NCBI GenBank assembly: GCA_038496445.1
Contig: JALMLS010000562.1
Location: forward strand, 203,303-267,302
DNA: 64,000 nucleotides
Source of the DNA: Trichosphaerium sp. ATCC 40318
Taxonomy: Eukaryota; Protista; Tubulinea
Reading direction: 5' to 3'
Below the pieces are notes generated by a model. That model did not search any database and was not told the DNA's origin. It saw only the letters and a program-made list of their open reading frames with translations. The number at the start of each line of letters is the position of its first letter. Position 1 is the first letter of the stretch. The translations under genes were made by a program, and so were the position numbers. This document shows, piece by piece, positions 1-13,419 of this stretch.

Positions 1-363
1 CAGCTGGTGCTTCTTTAAACCGTTTTGTTTTTTTGACACCACTGAAAGGCATCGCAAAGCCTTTGTTCCATATTTGCCTGTCCAAATCGCGCACGTCAGA
101 GATAACTTCGAACAATTCAAGCGACTTCTGGTTGATCTTCTTTTTTATCAGAGTGTTGGACTTTTGATCTAAATACTCGGTTACACAGCCTTTGTGTCGT
201 ATTTTGGCAATAATTACGCACCCTGCAGCTGTGATAGCTCTTCATTTTGCAATTCCTCCTGTAATTGCGCTAGCTTGTGCCCATTGCAGTATTTTTCTTT
301 CGGTTGATTGTTATGCTCTACGTTATTTTGGTTCGCTGGCGTTTTCTCCTTAGTAGCCATCAT
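1..363 (-). CDS. Hypothetical protein, 5' part (runs off the window)
   Basis: ATG at 363, MMATKEKTPANQNN...EELSQLQ, GTGCG donor, next exon QKSNTLIKKKINQKSLELFEVISD; divergent from the gene at 637. Confidence 0.4.
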
Positions 364-636
364 TGGGCTGTCATAAAGCTAGTGTTATACCCATAAGCGT
401 GTTTGAGGCCTTACAAATTTGGCAGCACTTTGTGACCTGCCTTTGACCACCTTTTCTACCACCGAGTAAGCGTAAACCACCTCGTGTACGTTCATTCAAA
501 ACCTCAATTTATACTTTTAATTGCGTAGCGCATCTTTATCAAAACTTTTTGCGTAAAAGCAAAACAACCAACCTTCGGTCCATTCATAGATAGCGCAAGC
601 TATTCGCACAGCAGAAACTAATCTTTTTTCAAGGCA

Positions 637-1847
637 ATGAAACTGTTTCGCGCCACCACTGCTGCCTCAGCGCGTGCTCGTACTGTCTCCTCAAGGTTTG
701 CTCCAAGAGTAACGACACGCCAAGCTCACAACAACAACCGAACCTCAGGTAACAACAATAGCCCAACGTGCGTTATACTAACATACAGGACAGTTTGGAA
801 CCAGAAGTGGTCGAAAACTGTCGCTCAACAGGCAGAAAAGCTTGCTCCAGCTACACAATTTAAACAACTGTTTAACTACATCGATTTTTGGAGAAACAGC
901 GTATTTCCTTGTGCGTATTGGATAAATCTTGTCAATTTGTCTAATGAATAACGGTAGCTGCTGAATTAGCCGGTATGGGTCTACGTGCTCCTCTAACACC
1001 TGCTGAGAATGTACGCACTACACTAATTTTTTTTGAGTAACGATCACCATCTTATGTTTATTCTTTGCACAGGCCGCTTTCCTTTACATGAAGGGTGAGA
1101 ATGACGCTGTTTCAAAAGAAATTGAAGATGGTGTTGTCGTTACTGAATCTAAAGATGAACACCCAGAGTATATTACAAAACTCATCGAAACATTCAAAAC
1201 TAGCACGTGGTTATGCACACTCACAGTATTGTATGACGAGAAAGACAAACACTACACATTCAACTTGGGACCTGACCCAGAACTTGAATTTCAACAAGAA
1301 GAAAGTGAGTCTTTGGACTTACCTCCGGAGGACCAAAAAGATGATCAACTTGATGAATTGTGGGAGGATGTATCTGAAGATGTCCGTGATTTCCACTACA
1401 GAATCGATAAAAAATTTGATTCTGTTACTCACAAATACTTGCCGGACAAGAAGGTAACTTGGGTTTTTCTAACGGTTTTTTCGTTGTTTTTTTTTGTTTG
1501 CAACGCGGAAAACAATCGTCACCCTCACGTATATTAATTTGTTGGTTCTAGGCGTACCTCTACCGTCGTTTGATGATCTACGGAAAGGCAATTGAAATGT
1601 TGAAGTGTTTAAAACCAACTAACGAGTTTGATTTCTATTATGTTTCACCAAACAAATTTCCAAAGCGTGAGGACATGGTACGGTCTTTACAAAAAGCGTT
1701 CCGTTTACTTACACGTATTTTCAGGAAGGTGATATTCCTGGACATGGTTTTTGCGCAGTCCACAAAGATGGTGTATTTGTTAGAGCCGTATGGGTTCCAA
1801 GACGTTTAGTTTTGCAAGCTCAAGGTAAACTCGATGAAGAAGATTAG
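637..1847 (+). CDS. Hypothetical protein, probably mitochondrion-targeted (multi-exon)
   Basis: Arg/Ala/Thr/Ser-rich, acid-free N-terminus MKLFRATTAASARARTVSSRF; exon ORFs 1088-1452 and 1551-1670; ends ...QAQGKLDEED*. Early exon phases not fully resolved. Confidence 0.6.
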
Positions 1848-2045
1848 GCCGTTTAACCAAAAAAAAAGCGGTTTTCTCATAGTGTTGAGTGTACTGTCTA
1901 TGTAAAAGTCATCTATACAATAAAATTGCGGTTATCGTGTTAAGTTGAAGTATTTTTGTGCATTTTTCGTTGGCCTCAAACTTACTTGATTTGTCTTCTT
2001 TATTTTCAATTTTTACCCTGTAGCTCGCTAGTACTACGCTGACAA

Positions 2046-3994
2046 ATGTCAACCAAGGAAGATGAAGCAAGAAGGCAGCGAGTACGAGAAAGGAGACGCC
2101 TAAGGCAAATGAAAGCCAACGCAGCGATAACAGAGACGAACGAGGCACCAACTGAAGATAAAGGCGAGGAAAACGCTACAACAGGTAAACGGCAAATAAT
2201 TTTGTACTACAAAACAAGCAAATACACGCGTGTACTTTTGTTAATTGGACTTGTAGACGAAGCAGTACCCGAACAAACTACAACTACAGATGAAAAGAGC
2301 TATGGCGACTCACAAACATCATACGATGATCCACAAGACCTTTTCACATTACTAGCGGCAGCACCAAAAAAACAGGTTTAAATTCTGTTAAAGGTTGCCT
2401 GAACTGACATTTTTACAAACTACAGGTCAACAGTGAACCTACAGAAGAGCAACGCGCATCTCAACCTTCAACAGATACAAGTCAACATGTGGAAGAAGCT
2501 CATCCAGAAGTTGTAGAAGTTGTTGAAGAACAAGAAGTAGCATCTAATTCATCGGGTGATCCACCTGATCACTTACCTTCAACAAGCTCCAGTCTGTCAG
2601 ATTTTATGAATTTCGATTTGGACGATATTTTGGGCACGGTTTTTCTTTGCACTGACACTTTTGTTGATTTTGTTATTACAGCTGATTGTGGTGATATGCC
2701 AGCTGCACCTGTGGTCTCGCCTTCAGCTGACGAATCTGATGGTTCTACTGATATATTGGTAGATAGCACACAGCCAACTAGACACTCTCTAGGCATGTCA
2801 CAAGTATGCCAGTTCTCTACGGTGTCACACTTATTGATGATCATTAGGCTACGCCTTCCTACAATACCAACCAATATGTTGCACCGAGGCTACGTACTCA
2901 GTTACATAGTGAAGAAATAGAAGAGGAGGAAGATGACGTTACTCTTACACTACAAGAGCTGACAAAGGAGGTTATGAGAATGAAAAGAAATCAAGTTGCT
3001 TTGGTTACGCTGATTAGAGAGCGCGTGCTTACTGGTGTACGCTCATAAATAAGAGTACTTGTACTAAAAAAAGTCAGGGCACTTTGGAAGAAGTTTTACA
3101 GCGACATGATACTGATGAGATTAAACGGTATGCACAATTAGGCATTTTCACACAAGCAGAACTAGATAACGCATTGGTTAATGCAACACAAAACCAGCTT
3201 GACATGTTAGGTGCGTTTGAATTCGATGCCTGTGATATTCCCTAATAGTGCTTACCTTGTAGATACTGAGTACTTCGATTTCATGCTTAAGGTACCTTTT
3301 TTGCTTTACCCTTTGGCGGTACATAACTGAACCTAGGCTGGTGCCAATGTAAATGCAAGTCTTCCAGACGGAAAAACACCTCTATTTCGAGCTGCTGAGG
3401 AATTTGTCACAAGTACAATGCGGTTACTAATAGAACATGGTACAATTCTTTTGTTGGCAATTTTCCGGAAAGTTAAAACCACTAACCACAAAAAAGGTGC
3501 AAACGCACATCTACTTTCTGCAACAGGTATGACGCCTTTGTTGGGTGCATTATTTTCTCTTGTAGAAAACAAAAAGGAAAACCACGATATCCCACATCAA
3601 GGTGTGTTCAATACTTTAGCATGTTTATTAGCTCATTCTTGAACGCAGATGTTAAAGATGTGGTTGTTATGTTAATTCAAGCAAATGTTGCACTTGACAC
3701 TCGTAGTTTGTCAGGTGCCACCGCTCTACACAAGGCCATTGAAGCTGAGGTAACGTAAAGTATGTCACATAACTGTTTTGACATGCGCGTAGAATTGGGA
3801 GGTGTGCAGATTATTAATTGATGCAGGTACGCTTAAATAGAAACTTTGTTGAATAGGAATTTGGCTAATTAATACAACCAGGCGCAAAATGCGACATTGA
3901 AAATAAGGATGGATTTACCGCACTACTATTGGCCGAAGACCACCATGAACTAAGCTTCATGTTTGCCAATACTAACTCTGGCACTGACTTGTAA
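2046..3994 (+). CDS. Ankyrin-repeat protein with acidic low-complexity N-terminus
   Basis: Spliced exons give ankyrin motifs ANVNASLPDGKTPLFRAA, GANAHLLSATGMTPLLGA, SGATALHKAI, DIENKDGFTALLLA. Confidence 0.85.
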
Positions 3995-4096
3995 AGCAAA
4001 CTGTAAAAACAAAACTAAAAAATCAAATTCTATTTTATAACTCTATTTCATGTTTCTGCAGCTTCAGTGACTGATTGTAATTTGAATGTTTTATTC

Positions 4097-5234
4097 TTAA
4101 AATATAATATCATCACCATCATCTGGTAGCATTGATGGTGCCGCTTCATGAGCTATGAACTACTTAACCAAACCATAAAAAAAAAGTATATCCAACTTAC
4201 CACTACCACCACAAGCCTCATCCTTCTGGGCTTTACGTTTTTCCTTCTTGGCTTCAGCCTCTAGTTTCTTTTCCTTTACTTTCTTAAGGCGAAAAAATTC
4301 TTCAATTTCTGTAATAAAATTGAGGACACAGTACGCGTTTATGAATGGACGTACCCATCTCATCCAACTCAGACATAATGTAGGCAATAGTATTCTCTAT
4401 TCTAGGGAGTACTACGTACTCTATAGCATTGACACGTCGATTTGTTAGTTTAATAACTTCATCGAGAGTAAGAAACGTTGTTTGAAGAGAAGCGAGCTCT
4501 ACGAGCGCTACAAGAGCTTTGGTGTATGTCAAACGACACTTATTAATCTTTTGCCCTCCTTGACCAAGACCAGCCAAGTCCTTACCTGTTGGGATGCATC
4601 AGGAACACAATAACAAAAGTGTTGCTTACTTTGTTTTGAGGCCTCATTGGCGGATACGAACGTTGGCAGGTGAACACCAACAATGTTTTCTGTCTCAGTT
4701 TTTACTTTGTACGTAGCAGTGTCTACACTCTCTATAACCATAGCACTACAAGGGTGAGAATGTTACTCGTCTACAATAAATAAAATCAATAGTAACGCAC
4801 GACATATTATCTCCTGCTACGAACTTAGCGGACGTTAAAGAAAACGAAGCGTCTTTCATTTGTTGACCCATTTGCTCTTTACGCTATGCAATTTATTTAG
4901 ATCGCAGTGCCTTGAAGCGTGAACATTGCAAGGAATCTACCTCTTTGATTCTCGTGAGTATTGATCTGAACCTCATCATCAAAGCATCAGCCTTCTTTTT
5001 GAGCAAGCCATGGCCTTTTTTCGCTGCCTTGAACTTTATTTGAAGCATTTGAAGTCCCCTAACGCAGTAAGCACCACAAAAACCAAACAACTAAAAAAAA
5101 AGCGTTTTCCACTCGTAAACATTAAATTATAGGGTACAGAACCCCTACGCAAGTGTTAATTGTAAATGCTAGTTAAATAATCAGCGTCATTACATTCTAG
5201 TGGGAACCACATTCAAGCGTTCCTTGGTTGCCAT
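4097..5234 (-). CDS. ATP6V1D: V-type H+-ATPase subunit D
   Basis: MATKERLNVVPTRM, GHGLLKKKADALMMRFR, LVELASLQTTFLTLDEVIKLTNRRVNAIEYVVLPRIENT, EEFFRLKKVK, ends DDIIF*. Confidence 0.97.
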
Positions 5235-5334
5235 CCTGTGCAGTAAGTTCTTTGACTGGGGTTGAAAAGCGCTGAAAGGCAAGTAAAAAAGGTTAAGTAA
5301 AAACTCCCTAGAAAATTCGATTGTAGAGCAAACC

Positions 5335-6672
5335 ATGCGACACGCACTGGTTGCCACTGTGGATAAAAGCGTTAGAGACGATGACACAGGCATTATAGAG
5401 GTTATTGATCATTCGTACTCAAGTGTCGAACCTCGTAAACGAGCAGGGCGTAGTAGAGCGCCTAGTTTTGAGGAAAATGAAGCCGGTGACGCAATTACAA
5501 AAATTATTGAAGTGATAGAGGCAATTCACAAAGAAGACGCCTCAGGTTCAGAAACGCTACGAACGCTCTTAAACTACCTTTCCCTTTTTACAACGGGCAA
5601 TTTAAACAAGTACGAAGAGCTCGCAAAATTACACAACGCCACCGGAGGAAGTTTTAGCTTGCATCCCGACGTAATAGAGTCCTTTATAAAAAAGACAAGC
5701 CATTTACGGAATAGCGCATCAGAATCTGTAGCTGCCCACTATTCAATGGTCTTTGCCTTACTGTTCTATCGCTGGGTGTGTAAACCAACTGCGCCATCAA
5801 AGATTTTGGGCAAAGTTTGGGAAACGTGGGTGCTGGGATGTAACAGACTAATGTGGATAGATTTAGAAAATCAAACACACAGGTTTGAGCCAATTTATAG
5901 ACAGTTGCATAAAACTCTAGATGACCTTCATCTCTTTGAGTCTACATACTTGCTACATAACGCACTGGATATAGCAAATATAGTGATGAAGTTCTACTTC
6001 CATTATCAAGATTCTGAGGTAAGTTAACACTCATTGTGATTACGCTTAATTTTTTTTTCTGTTTTGAATTGAAAATTTTTGTTTTTTTGAAAGTGTGCCA
6101 ACAATTTTTAACTGAATTTTTTTACAAAAGGTCGATGTGGTAGAATACTTGAACAATGTTCAACAGAAGCTGGTTCAATTAAAAGATCATATCCGCCTTC
6201 CTCGTGACCACTCGAAAATAGTAACAACAAATATGTTTATAAACGAAATTTACAGAATTCTTCAAAACATCTCAAACGAAGCAGCACTTTTAAATTACAT
6301 GGAGCGATTACGTAAATTAAAGGTACCCTCATTCGAAAGCAATATTAGTTTGAAGACTAATCACATCAATAGATAGAGAACCTTGGAAGAAAAACATCGC
6401 TGAGATTGTCCACTGTGCTTTTAGATTTATGGACGCCTGGCGCGCCACACTATCCAACAAGAACAGTCAGATACGCAGCACTCAAGACTTTAGATGAGCT
6501 TTTTCCTCAAGGATATTACTCACGACGTTTGGTTAATTATGGGTTCAGACTGCTTTCTCCTTTTAATGCTTTTCGATCTTTTTGGTTCACTTTTGTTTTA
6601 ATTTTTATGTTATTTTGGAATAAGATATGTTGTTGTACTGGTAAAACGAGAAAGAAATCGAAAGAATTGTAA
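5335..6672 (+). CDS. Hypothetical protein with a C-terminal hydrophobic segment
   Basis: Three in-frame exons (5335-6018, 6130-6322, 6373-6672); C-terminal LDELFPQGYYSRRLVNYGFRLLSP followed by TM-like FWFTFVLIFMLFW. Confidence 0.7.
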
Positions 6673-6718
6673 AAAAAGAAAAAGAGACTATTATGGTCTT
6701 CATGTAAATACATTGTAT

Positions 6719-9277
6719 TCAAGCTTCAGCATTAAGGTCTCCTCGAACAATTTCTACTTTAGGAGCAAATTGCCATACAATATACTTGTTGTCTCCATTG
6801 CCTGCAAACGCTGTTCGCATGTTAACATCCTCTCCTTGATTGTATAGAAGTGGTTGATGACTTTTCAAGAACTCATTTACAGTCACCTCCATACCAAGCT
6901 CAGGTATGCACACTCTGTAAATTTGCCTCGAAGCAGCTCTATGAAATTGGTCACTTCGTGGTTGGTAAGCCATAATAACAACTCCATCATAATTTCTATC
7001 AACAACAATGACTGAGTTTTTCCATTGGTTCTCTAACGCACGTAATTAATAGGCGGCTTTGTAAAGTTACTTTGCGCTGAAACGTACCACAGACACGTTG
7101 AATATTGCGCACATGGCGATCTCGGACATCAAGCCAAGGAAGGGTATGTGAAAGCACAGCATTGCTGAAAGGATACTGAACATCACCTGCAGTGTTAAGC
7201 TGCTTATGCCTCATGTGTGCCTTGATATTTACGTGTGCCAAATAATCTGCAAAACGGCGAATAGGAGAAGTAACACGAACGTAATTCGGCAAATTCATAG
7301 AATGATGCTTACTCACATCGTTGTCGTGACGTGCACGCCTTTAAAAAATACTAGTTAAACAACAGACGATCAAAGTTTAGCGTTAACGTACTGCATGTAT
7401 TGCATACTCATAGAGGAATAAACCCAAGGATGTTGATCAGTTGGAACCTTCTCGTAGCCTTCTAGAGGTTCATCTTGTACTCTGTATGGTACAGGAACTT
7501 TATTACGCACTGCATAAGTTCCTGCAATCTCACCAGCAACTATCATCAATTCTTGAACAAGCAGTTGTGATAGAGGATAGGTTTCTGTGGTCAATGAAAC
7601 AGTGCCTTGCTCGTTTACAGTTACGCGATGTTTAGGCATGCGTGATTGCTCGGCTTCGTTTCTGAACTTTTTACGCAATTGCGCTACTTGTAGCATGTAA
7701 TGAAGAGGTGTATCCTTCTTTTTTGTCAAAATATGTTCAACTTCTTTGTAGGTCATTCTTTTCACTCTAACCTTCGAGCTAGTTATTGCATACTCTTTAA
7801 TAGAACCATCAGTATTCAACCGACCAAAGAAAGCAAACGAATTTGAGAAGCCGTTTTCGTCAGCTTTGTCCAATGAAACGGCCTCTACCAGAGCCTTAGG
7901 TAGCATAGGCACAGCACCATCAGGTTTGTAAACGGTTGATATACGGTTTTCACCAAGCCAACTGTCTTTGGGCTTCATTACGCGCTCTAAGTCTGCTACG
8001 TGTATGTGTACCCAGAAATTACCGTGTTTGTCAAATCTACATCCTACGGCATCATCTACTTCTGATGTATCAGGAGAATCAATGGCGAAAACTGTTTCAT
8101 CAAGCTTGACACGTGGCAGTGGATCTGCTTTTTCATTCTTGTTAATTTCCGATAACATTCTTTCAGCTGTATCCTGCTCTGTTATTGTTGTAGGTGACAG
8201 CGTAGCTGGTATAGGTCTAACAAGGTGGGGTGGTCCAGCCAAGAAGCTTTTTTGATTCTTCATCTCAATAGCTAGTGGTGGGTTACCTCCAGCAAGCTCT
8301 GGGTAAACTCCTATTTTGACTAGATTCTGGGAAGAAAAAAATAAGAAAATAAATGTAGCTAAATAGTACGTACTTCGAACAGATTGTCATAAAGCAACCT
8401 CAGTGGTTTGAGTAATTTGCTGAAAATAACCCATGGTATTGTTTGGTTAGGATCAAGCTCTGCTACATACTTTAAGGTGTCAATATATACACGCATTTCT
8501 GGGTTAACTTTATTGCCAGAACGCCAATGACCTGGTTTTGAGCCTCTAAAGCGCCACCAACCAATAAATTTCTGTAATCCAGCGCTGTCATTCATTGCTT
8601 TCATAATCTGTAAGCGTCTTTGGCTCTCTTCACTGGACACAGGACACCATATGTCGCGCTCAGTCGGATTAAAGTATACCCAATTGTATGACATGATTCT
8701 ATTTGACACAATACGCCTGTACCTAATTCAAAAGTGAGCGACCCAAACAGGTTTTGTTAACGCACGGGGAGGAAGTGCCACCCCAAATATGCTTCGCAAT
8801 GTCTTCAATATTATGAGCAGGTTTTGTTCTCAGAGCCTCCCAAAGATCTACTGGCTTTACAAACTGTGGAGGTTTTGGTAAACTTTTGAAATACCCTGCC
8901 AGGTCACTTGTCTACAAGAGAGATAAGCAAAGGACTAAAATGGTTCGAACTAACCTTATCAACGATTGCTGATTTATGCTTTACTGTAGAGTTGGTGTTT
9001 AAACTTAACTGTTTACCGTCAAATGCTACAAAGTGATGCCATGTATCGTCTGTTTCTATAACGCGTGCTAGTTTTCTGTGACAATTAACAATACATAGGT
9101 GATCAATATTACGCACTCGCGGTACGATTGATGGAACTGAGTCATTACAACAATTTCGTTTATCTTCGGTCTGCTTGTATCTTGAATAGGCAGCGTATAT
9201 TTGGTTCTTACGCTACGTGCTTGTTCTCTACGCTGCGCAATAGCGCTTGTGCGTAGACGGCTGCCAATACGTAACAT
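6719..9277 (-). CDS. RNase II/RNB-family exoribonuclease, probably mitochondrial (Dss1-like)
   Basis: RNB motifs AIDSPDTSEVDDAVG, VHIHVAD, LVQELMIVAG, YVRVTSPIRRFADYLAH; presequence-like N-terminus MLRIGSRLRTSAIAQRR. Confidence 0.9.
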
Positions 9278-9407
9278 TGAGCTTCTACAAGTCTACTGAT
9301 GTGGCATAGCTCCGCGGTGTGGTCGCTGAGGCGATTTTGCAGTACAATGAAAAGGTAACTTAAACATGACTTACAAACTACAGCGCTGCGCACGCGTACG
9401 CACAACG

Positions 9408-9471
9408 TGGCATGTCAGCAAAGGCGTCACAAAATAATGGTGCTAAGGTTACGTTACACTCATCACACCAG
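9408..9471 (-). ncRNA. Candidate box C/D snoRNA
   Basis: GTGATGA (9466-9460) and CTGA (9418-9415) with weakly complementary flanks; putative guide TGACGCCTTTTG immediately before box D. Confidence 0.35.
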
Positions 9472-10247
9472 TTACCAACAACGAAGTAGGGAAAGGAAGG
9501 GTATTTATGGAAACGAGGGCAGATAAATACAAATTGGAAAGAGCGTTGGTAAAAAAACCGCTAAAACGAGCTAAAAACTGTGAATTCTGCTAATAAAACA
9601 TGCAGGTGTAGTTTAAAAAAGGATAGATTAGCATACTACAAAAACCCAGAACAATCTAAATATCTGGACTACATACCGCTAGAACAGGCACTAGTGAGGG
9701 TACCAACGAATTCGCGGACACACTTGACACTTGTTACAGAAAGTAAACCCTGACGGCGATAAAAAGCATTGTTTTGACGTCGTAACCAAACACCGCGCTT
9801 ACAGTCTTTGTGCAAACTCTCATGAGGCACGTGGTTATCATAGAAACATTTAACCAACTTTACAATAAAGGAAATGATAGATTGGATGAACTCTTTGGCC
9901 GTGTGTTCTTTGGTACACGTAGAAAACGATGTAATAAGCCAAGCAGAAGAGCGAATTTGCACTATTATGTACAACAAAAGCATACAGCTGGAAATGTCAG
10001 CTCAGCAAAAATGACAACCAACGTGCAACAACATAGAGCCCAGGCAAAACGATAGGACGTCGTGTCATTTTACGTTATGTAGCATGTATTTTAGTAAGGT
10101 GTACAAACCGAAAATAGACCAAATAAAAGCTCACCAAAGTAAAATTGTAACGACGCTGTAAATATTTGACCAAAACAAGAACATTGCCTTAAGTAGTGTA
10201 CGTGCCTTAACATAACTTGTTTCGCTAATCTTTATCACAAGGACATC

Positions 10248-11267
10248 ATGCCTAAAGTCAGTTCGTTGCGTAGACGTACGTGCCATTTGGAGTATAACTG
10301 GCCATGTTATGGCGTAGTTCCAGCGTTTTTCTCCTTGTTTGTGTCATCTCGTAGCTGATCGTTTTTCTAGGCTCCAAAGTATCAAAGACGCCCCTCCGTC
10401 CATATGAGAAGGAGCGACTCGACTCAGAAATGAAGCTTCTCGGTCAATACGGCCTAAAGAACAAAAGAGAGATCTGGCGTTTGCAATTAGCTCTTACTAA
10501 GATTCGTCAATCCGCTAGGTAACTAAATTGATTTTTACATCCCTAATACTTACGATCACTTAGAACTTTGCTTACTTTGCAAGAAGACAACCCACGCAGA
10601 CAATTAGAGGTATGTTATCGCTCAGGATGTAATACAAGAAAAATTTTGTGTAATTGGCGATATCAGCACGAAATTACCGCTAGCGTTTAAAACGCGAACA
10701 CGCTGGCGCCTTGCCAAACTTTCTTTCGTTTTTCGCTTTTCGCGTCAATAGGCCCAAATCGTGGTTATTTTCACCACCAAAGCCTTTTTCGCTTCAAGTA
10801 TTGATAAAACACTGCCTGTCATACAATTTTTTTGTACTATGATCACAAAATTAATAATTTTCTGTAGGGATCTGCTCTTATCCGCAGACTTCACCGTTAT
10901 GGAATCCTTGATGAAGACAGAGATCAATTAGATTACGTACTAGCCCTCAAAATTGAGAACTTGTTGGAGCGTCGCCTTCAAACACTCGTTGCCAAAAGAC
11001 ACGCCAAATCGTTCCACCACGCGCGTTGCTTGGTTATCCAAAAACACATCAGGTACGCTAAATTAATGAGCTGTTAATAGAATTTTTTTTTTCTGACTCG
11101 TAAATTTTAGAGTTGGTAAACAAATTGTTGACGTACCATCATTTTTGGTCCGTGTTGACTCTGAGAAACACATTGATTACTCCCTAACCAGCTCCTTGTC
11201 TGGTGGACCACCTGGCCGTGTCAAGAAACGAAAACTTAAATCTGCTGGCGGCAATGATGAAGAGTAA
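10248..11267 (+). CDS. RPS9: 40S ribosomal protein S9 (uS4)
   Basis: [81 protein letters not shown]; 4 introns. Confidence 0.98.
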
Positions 11268-11457
11268 ACAAAATATATCAAAAAAACAAACTCCTTGTAA
11301 TATTCACGCTTGATTCTCTCCCGCACTTTCTATGCGTGTAGATTTTATAAAGTACTGAGCGGACAAATTAGTTTGCTGTTACATTTATACTCCATAGCGA
11401 CTTTGTTCAAGTGTTTGGTTTTTATTCAAATTTTTTCTGTGATTATGCTTGTGAGCG

Positions 11458-12819
11458 TTAATCCGCTGACACTACAGCCATTTTTATACCCTCTTTGCTC
11501 ACGCTGTAATAATACGTGAGAGGACGGCTTAGTTAGTAACACTTGCCTGTACGTTGTGTAGAAGCGTCCATTGTACGCCATTGTGGTCGGATAGGAATAA
11601 CTACCGATCAAGTCTGGCTCCAGATAAGCGTAGTAGTTCCATGATTTCCCGTTGTCTTTTGATAAAGATAGCTCCAGTGGAGCGCGCTCTATAGTGGATG
11701 GATTGTAAGCGAGCACGAGCTCCTTATTGTACGACATTAAGAAAATCTTAAGATAGAGTAAGTGGTAGTTTTGGGTTTAAAGCAAACCTTCGAATCCGGA
11801 TTCAAAAGTAATAGCTCTGATGCTGGCGTCCACTTGTTACCATTGTCACTTGACGTACTATGCCAGATATGTCCCACTTTAGTACGAAACATTTGGTGTA
11901 TAACGCCATCTGACGTTTGTGCTAGAGTGTTTTCTATCAACCACCCTGCCTGATCTTTTCTTAGTCTCAACAATAAAAAACTTTTAGAAGGTACCTTGTC
12001 CGAGTGAATACAATCACGAAGTGACCATGTTTTTCCGTTGTCATCTGATACAAGTACGTCAGAACACGGTAGTCCGGTGTCTGATACTTGGTGCTTCTCT
12101 TGCCAAAATGGTAATAACCAGCGCCCTTGACTAATGTCAGAGGTGCCTCATGTTTATAATTTTACCTGTGTTGGTTATTACGAGTTTGTTCGCTGTTACT
12201 TTGGAGATATTGCCATGTTGATAGTATGTCAGAAGTGTAGTACGCTCATCCCAAGTGAGTCCAAAATCTTTTGAAGTTATGTATTTTATGTCGCCACCTG
12301 GCCATGATCTTCCAGGCTCTCTACGGTTAAACGGCCCTGATTCTGCAAAAAACAACCACAACACTTTCATTTTAGCGTCAAAATGCAGTACAGGTCCCCA
12401 TAGAGCCTTTTGCAGTTGTTAGGAATAAAAACCTCTGATATGAGATACCTGAGGGCCATTTACGATAATTTTGGCATCACTCCACGTGTTTCCACCTAAA
12501 ATAAGCGTTTTAAATCTTTTTTATAATTTTCAGTTATGTACCATCTTCTGATTTAGTAAAGTGAATTGCCTGGTCGTCAGCACCTAAAACAGTATGTAAA
12601 GCGTATCAACAATCTACTTTACAAACCTTCCTGGTCTTTACTAGCTTGGAAAGCCACCCAGAAAGTTCCATTTGGAGATGGCTCGATTGTGCTCATGTGA
12701 CTGTAGCCAATTTCAGCCGTTTCGTTAAATATAAAATGATATTGCACTGGCACTGATAATGCGTTGCTGTGATAACATATATAAACAATTATTAAAAGAA
12801 GGTAAGCTGCCCTTGTCAT
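11458..12819 (-). CDS. Secreted BNR/Asp-box (sialidase-like) beta-propeller protein
   Basis: Signal peptide MTRAAYLLLIIVYICYHSNA; Asp-boxes SEDGGNTW, SKDFGLTW, SDDNGKTW, SSDNGNKW, SKDNGKSW; LLNPDSK, ERAPL, YSYPT. Confidence 0.85.
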
Positions 12820-13027
12820 TCTGTAATGTCAAAGTTCAAATTGGGAACGACTTTAAGTTGACTTTTGAGCACGAGTCTCAGAAATCAATCAAAAACACTT
12901 TTTTACAAAAGACATGCTTTGTACAACTGCCCCACGTTATACGCTCTAGGTCAACTACATTATGTTCGCATTTTATTTAGAAACGCATGCATCTAGGGCC
13001 AGTAGAGTACTAACAAATATAGCTGAA

Positions 13028-13146
13028 TGTCTTTGGATTGGCCTATGTCCTTGTGTTTGTACGAATGGCTTCGAGCCCGGATGCGCCGGCAGAAGAGGAG
13101 AGACCGCTCCAGCTCCCACTTTTTGAAGAGTTGCAAAGACGCTTTT
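13028..13146 (+). ncRNA. Candidate structured small RNA (Pol III-like)
   Basis: GC-rich island in AT-rich intergenic DNA; 5' GTCTTTG pairs with 3' CAAAGAC; internal hairpins; followed by TTTT. Confidence 0.4.
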
Positions 13147-13419
13147 AAACTAGTTTTTCTCGCTTGAAAAAAAAAGTGGTTTTGTTAAATATGCTTGTAG
13201 ACCGCGGCAGTGAACTTTAATATCAGTTTGCGTTGATTTTGTTTTTTGTATAGAAAAACTATCAATCAAAATATTAGTGATTGAAAACTCGCATCTTTTT
13301 GTTCAACACCGTTTGTTGCTTACTCACTGTTTTTTATTAATTAATGCTTTGTGGTTAGTTGCAAGCGTAAAACGTCGAGAATGTAACAAGTAGCATTCAA
13401 GTTTGTTGTTGATAATTTA

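Noticed and set aside
13028-13146. 5S rRNA, U6atac or tRNA identity
   Set aside because: Only short incidental matches (GAGACCGC, GGAGAGA, GCCCGGATG); diagnostic motifs are absent
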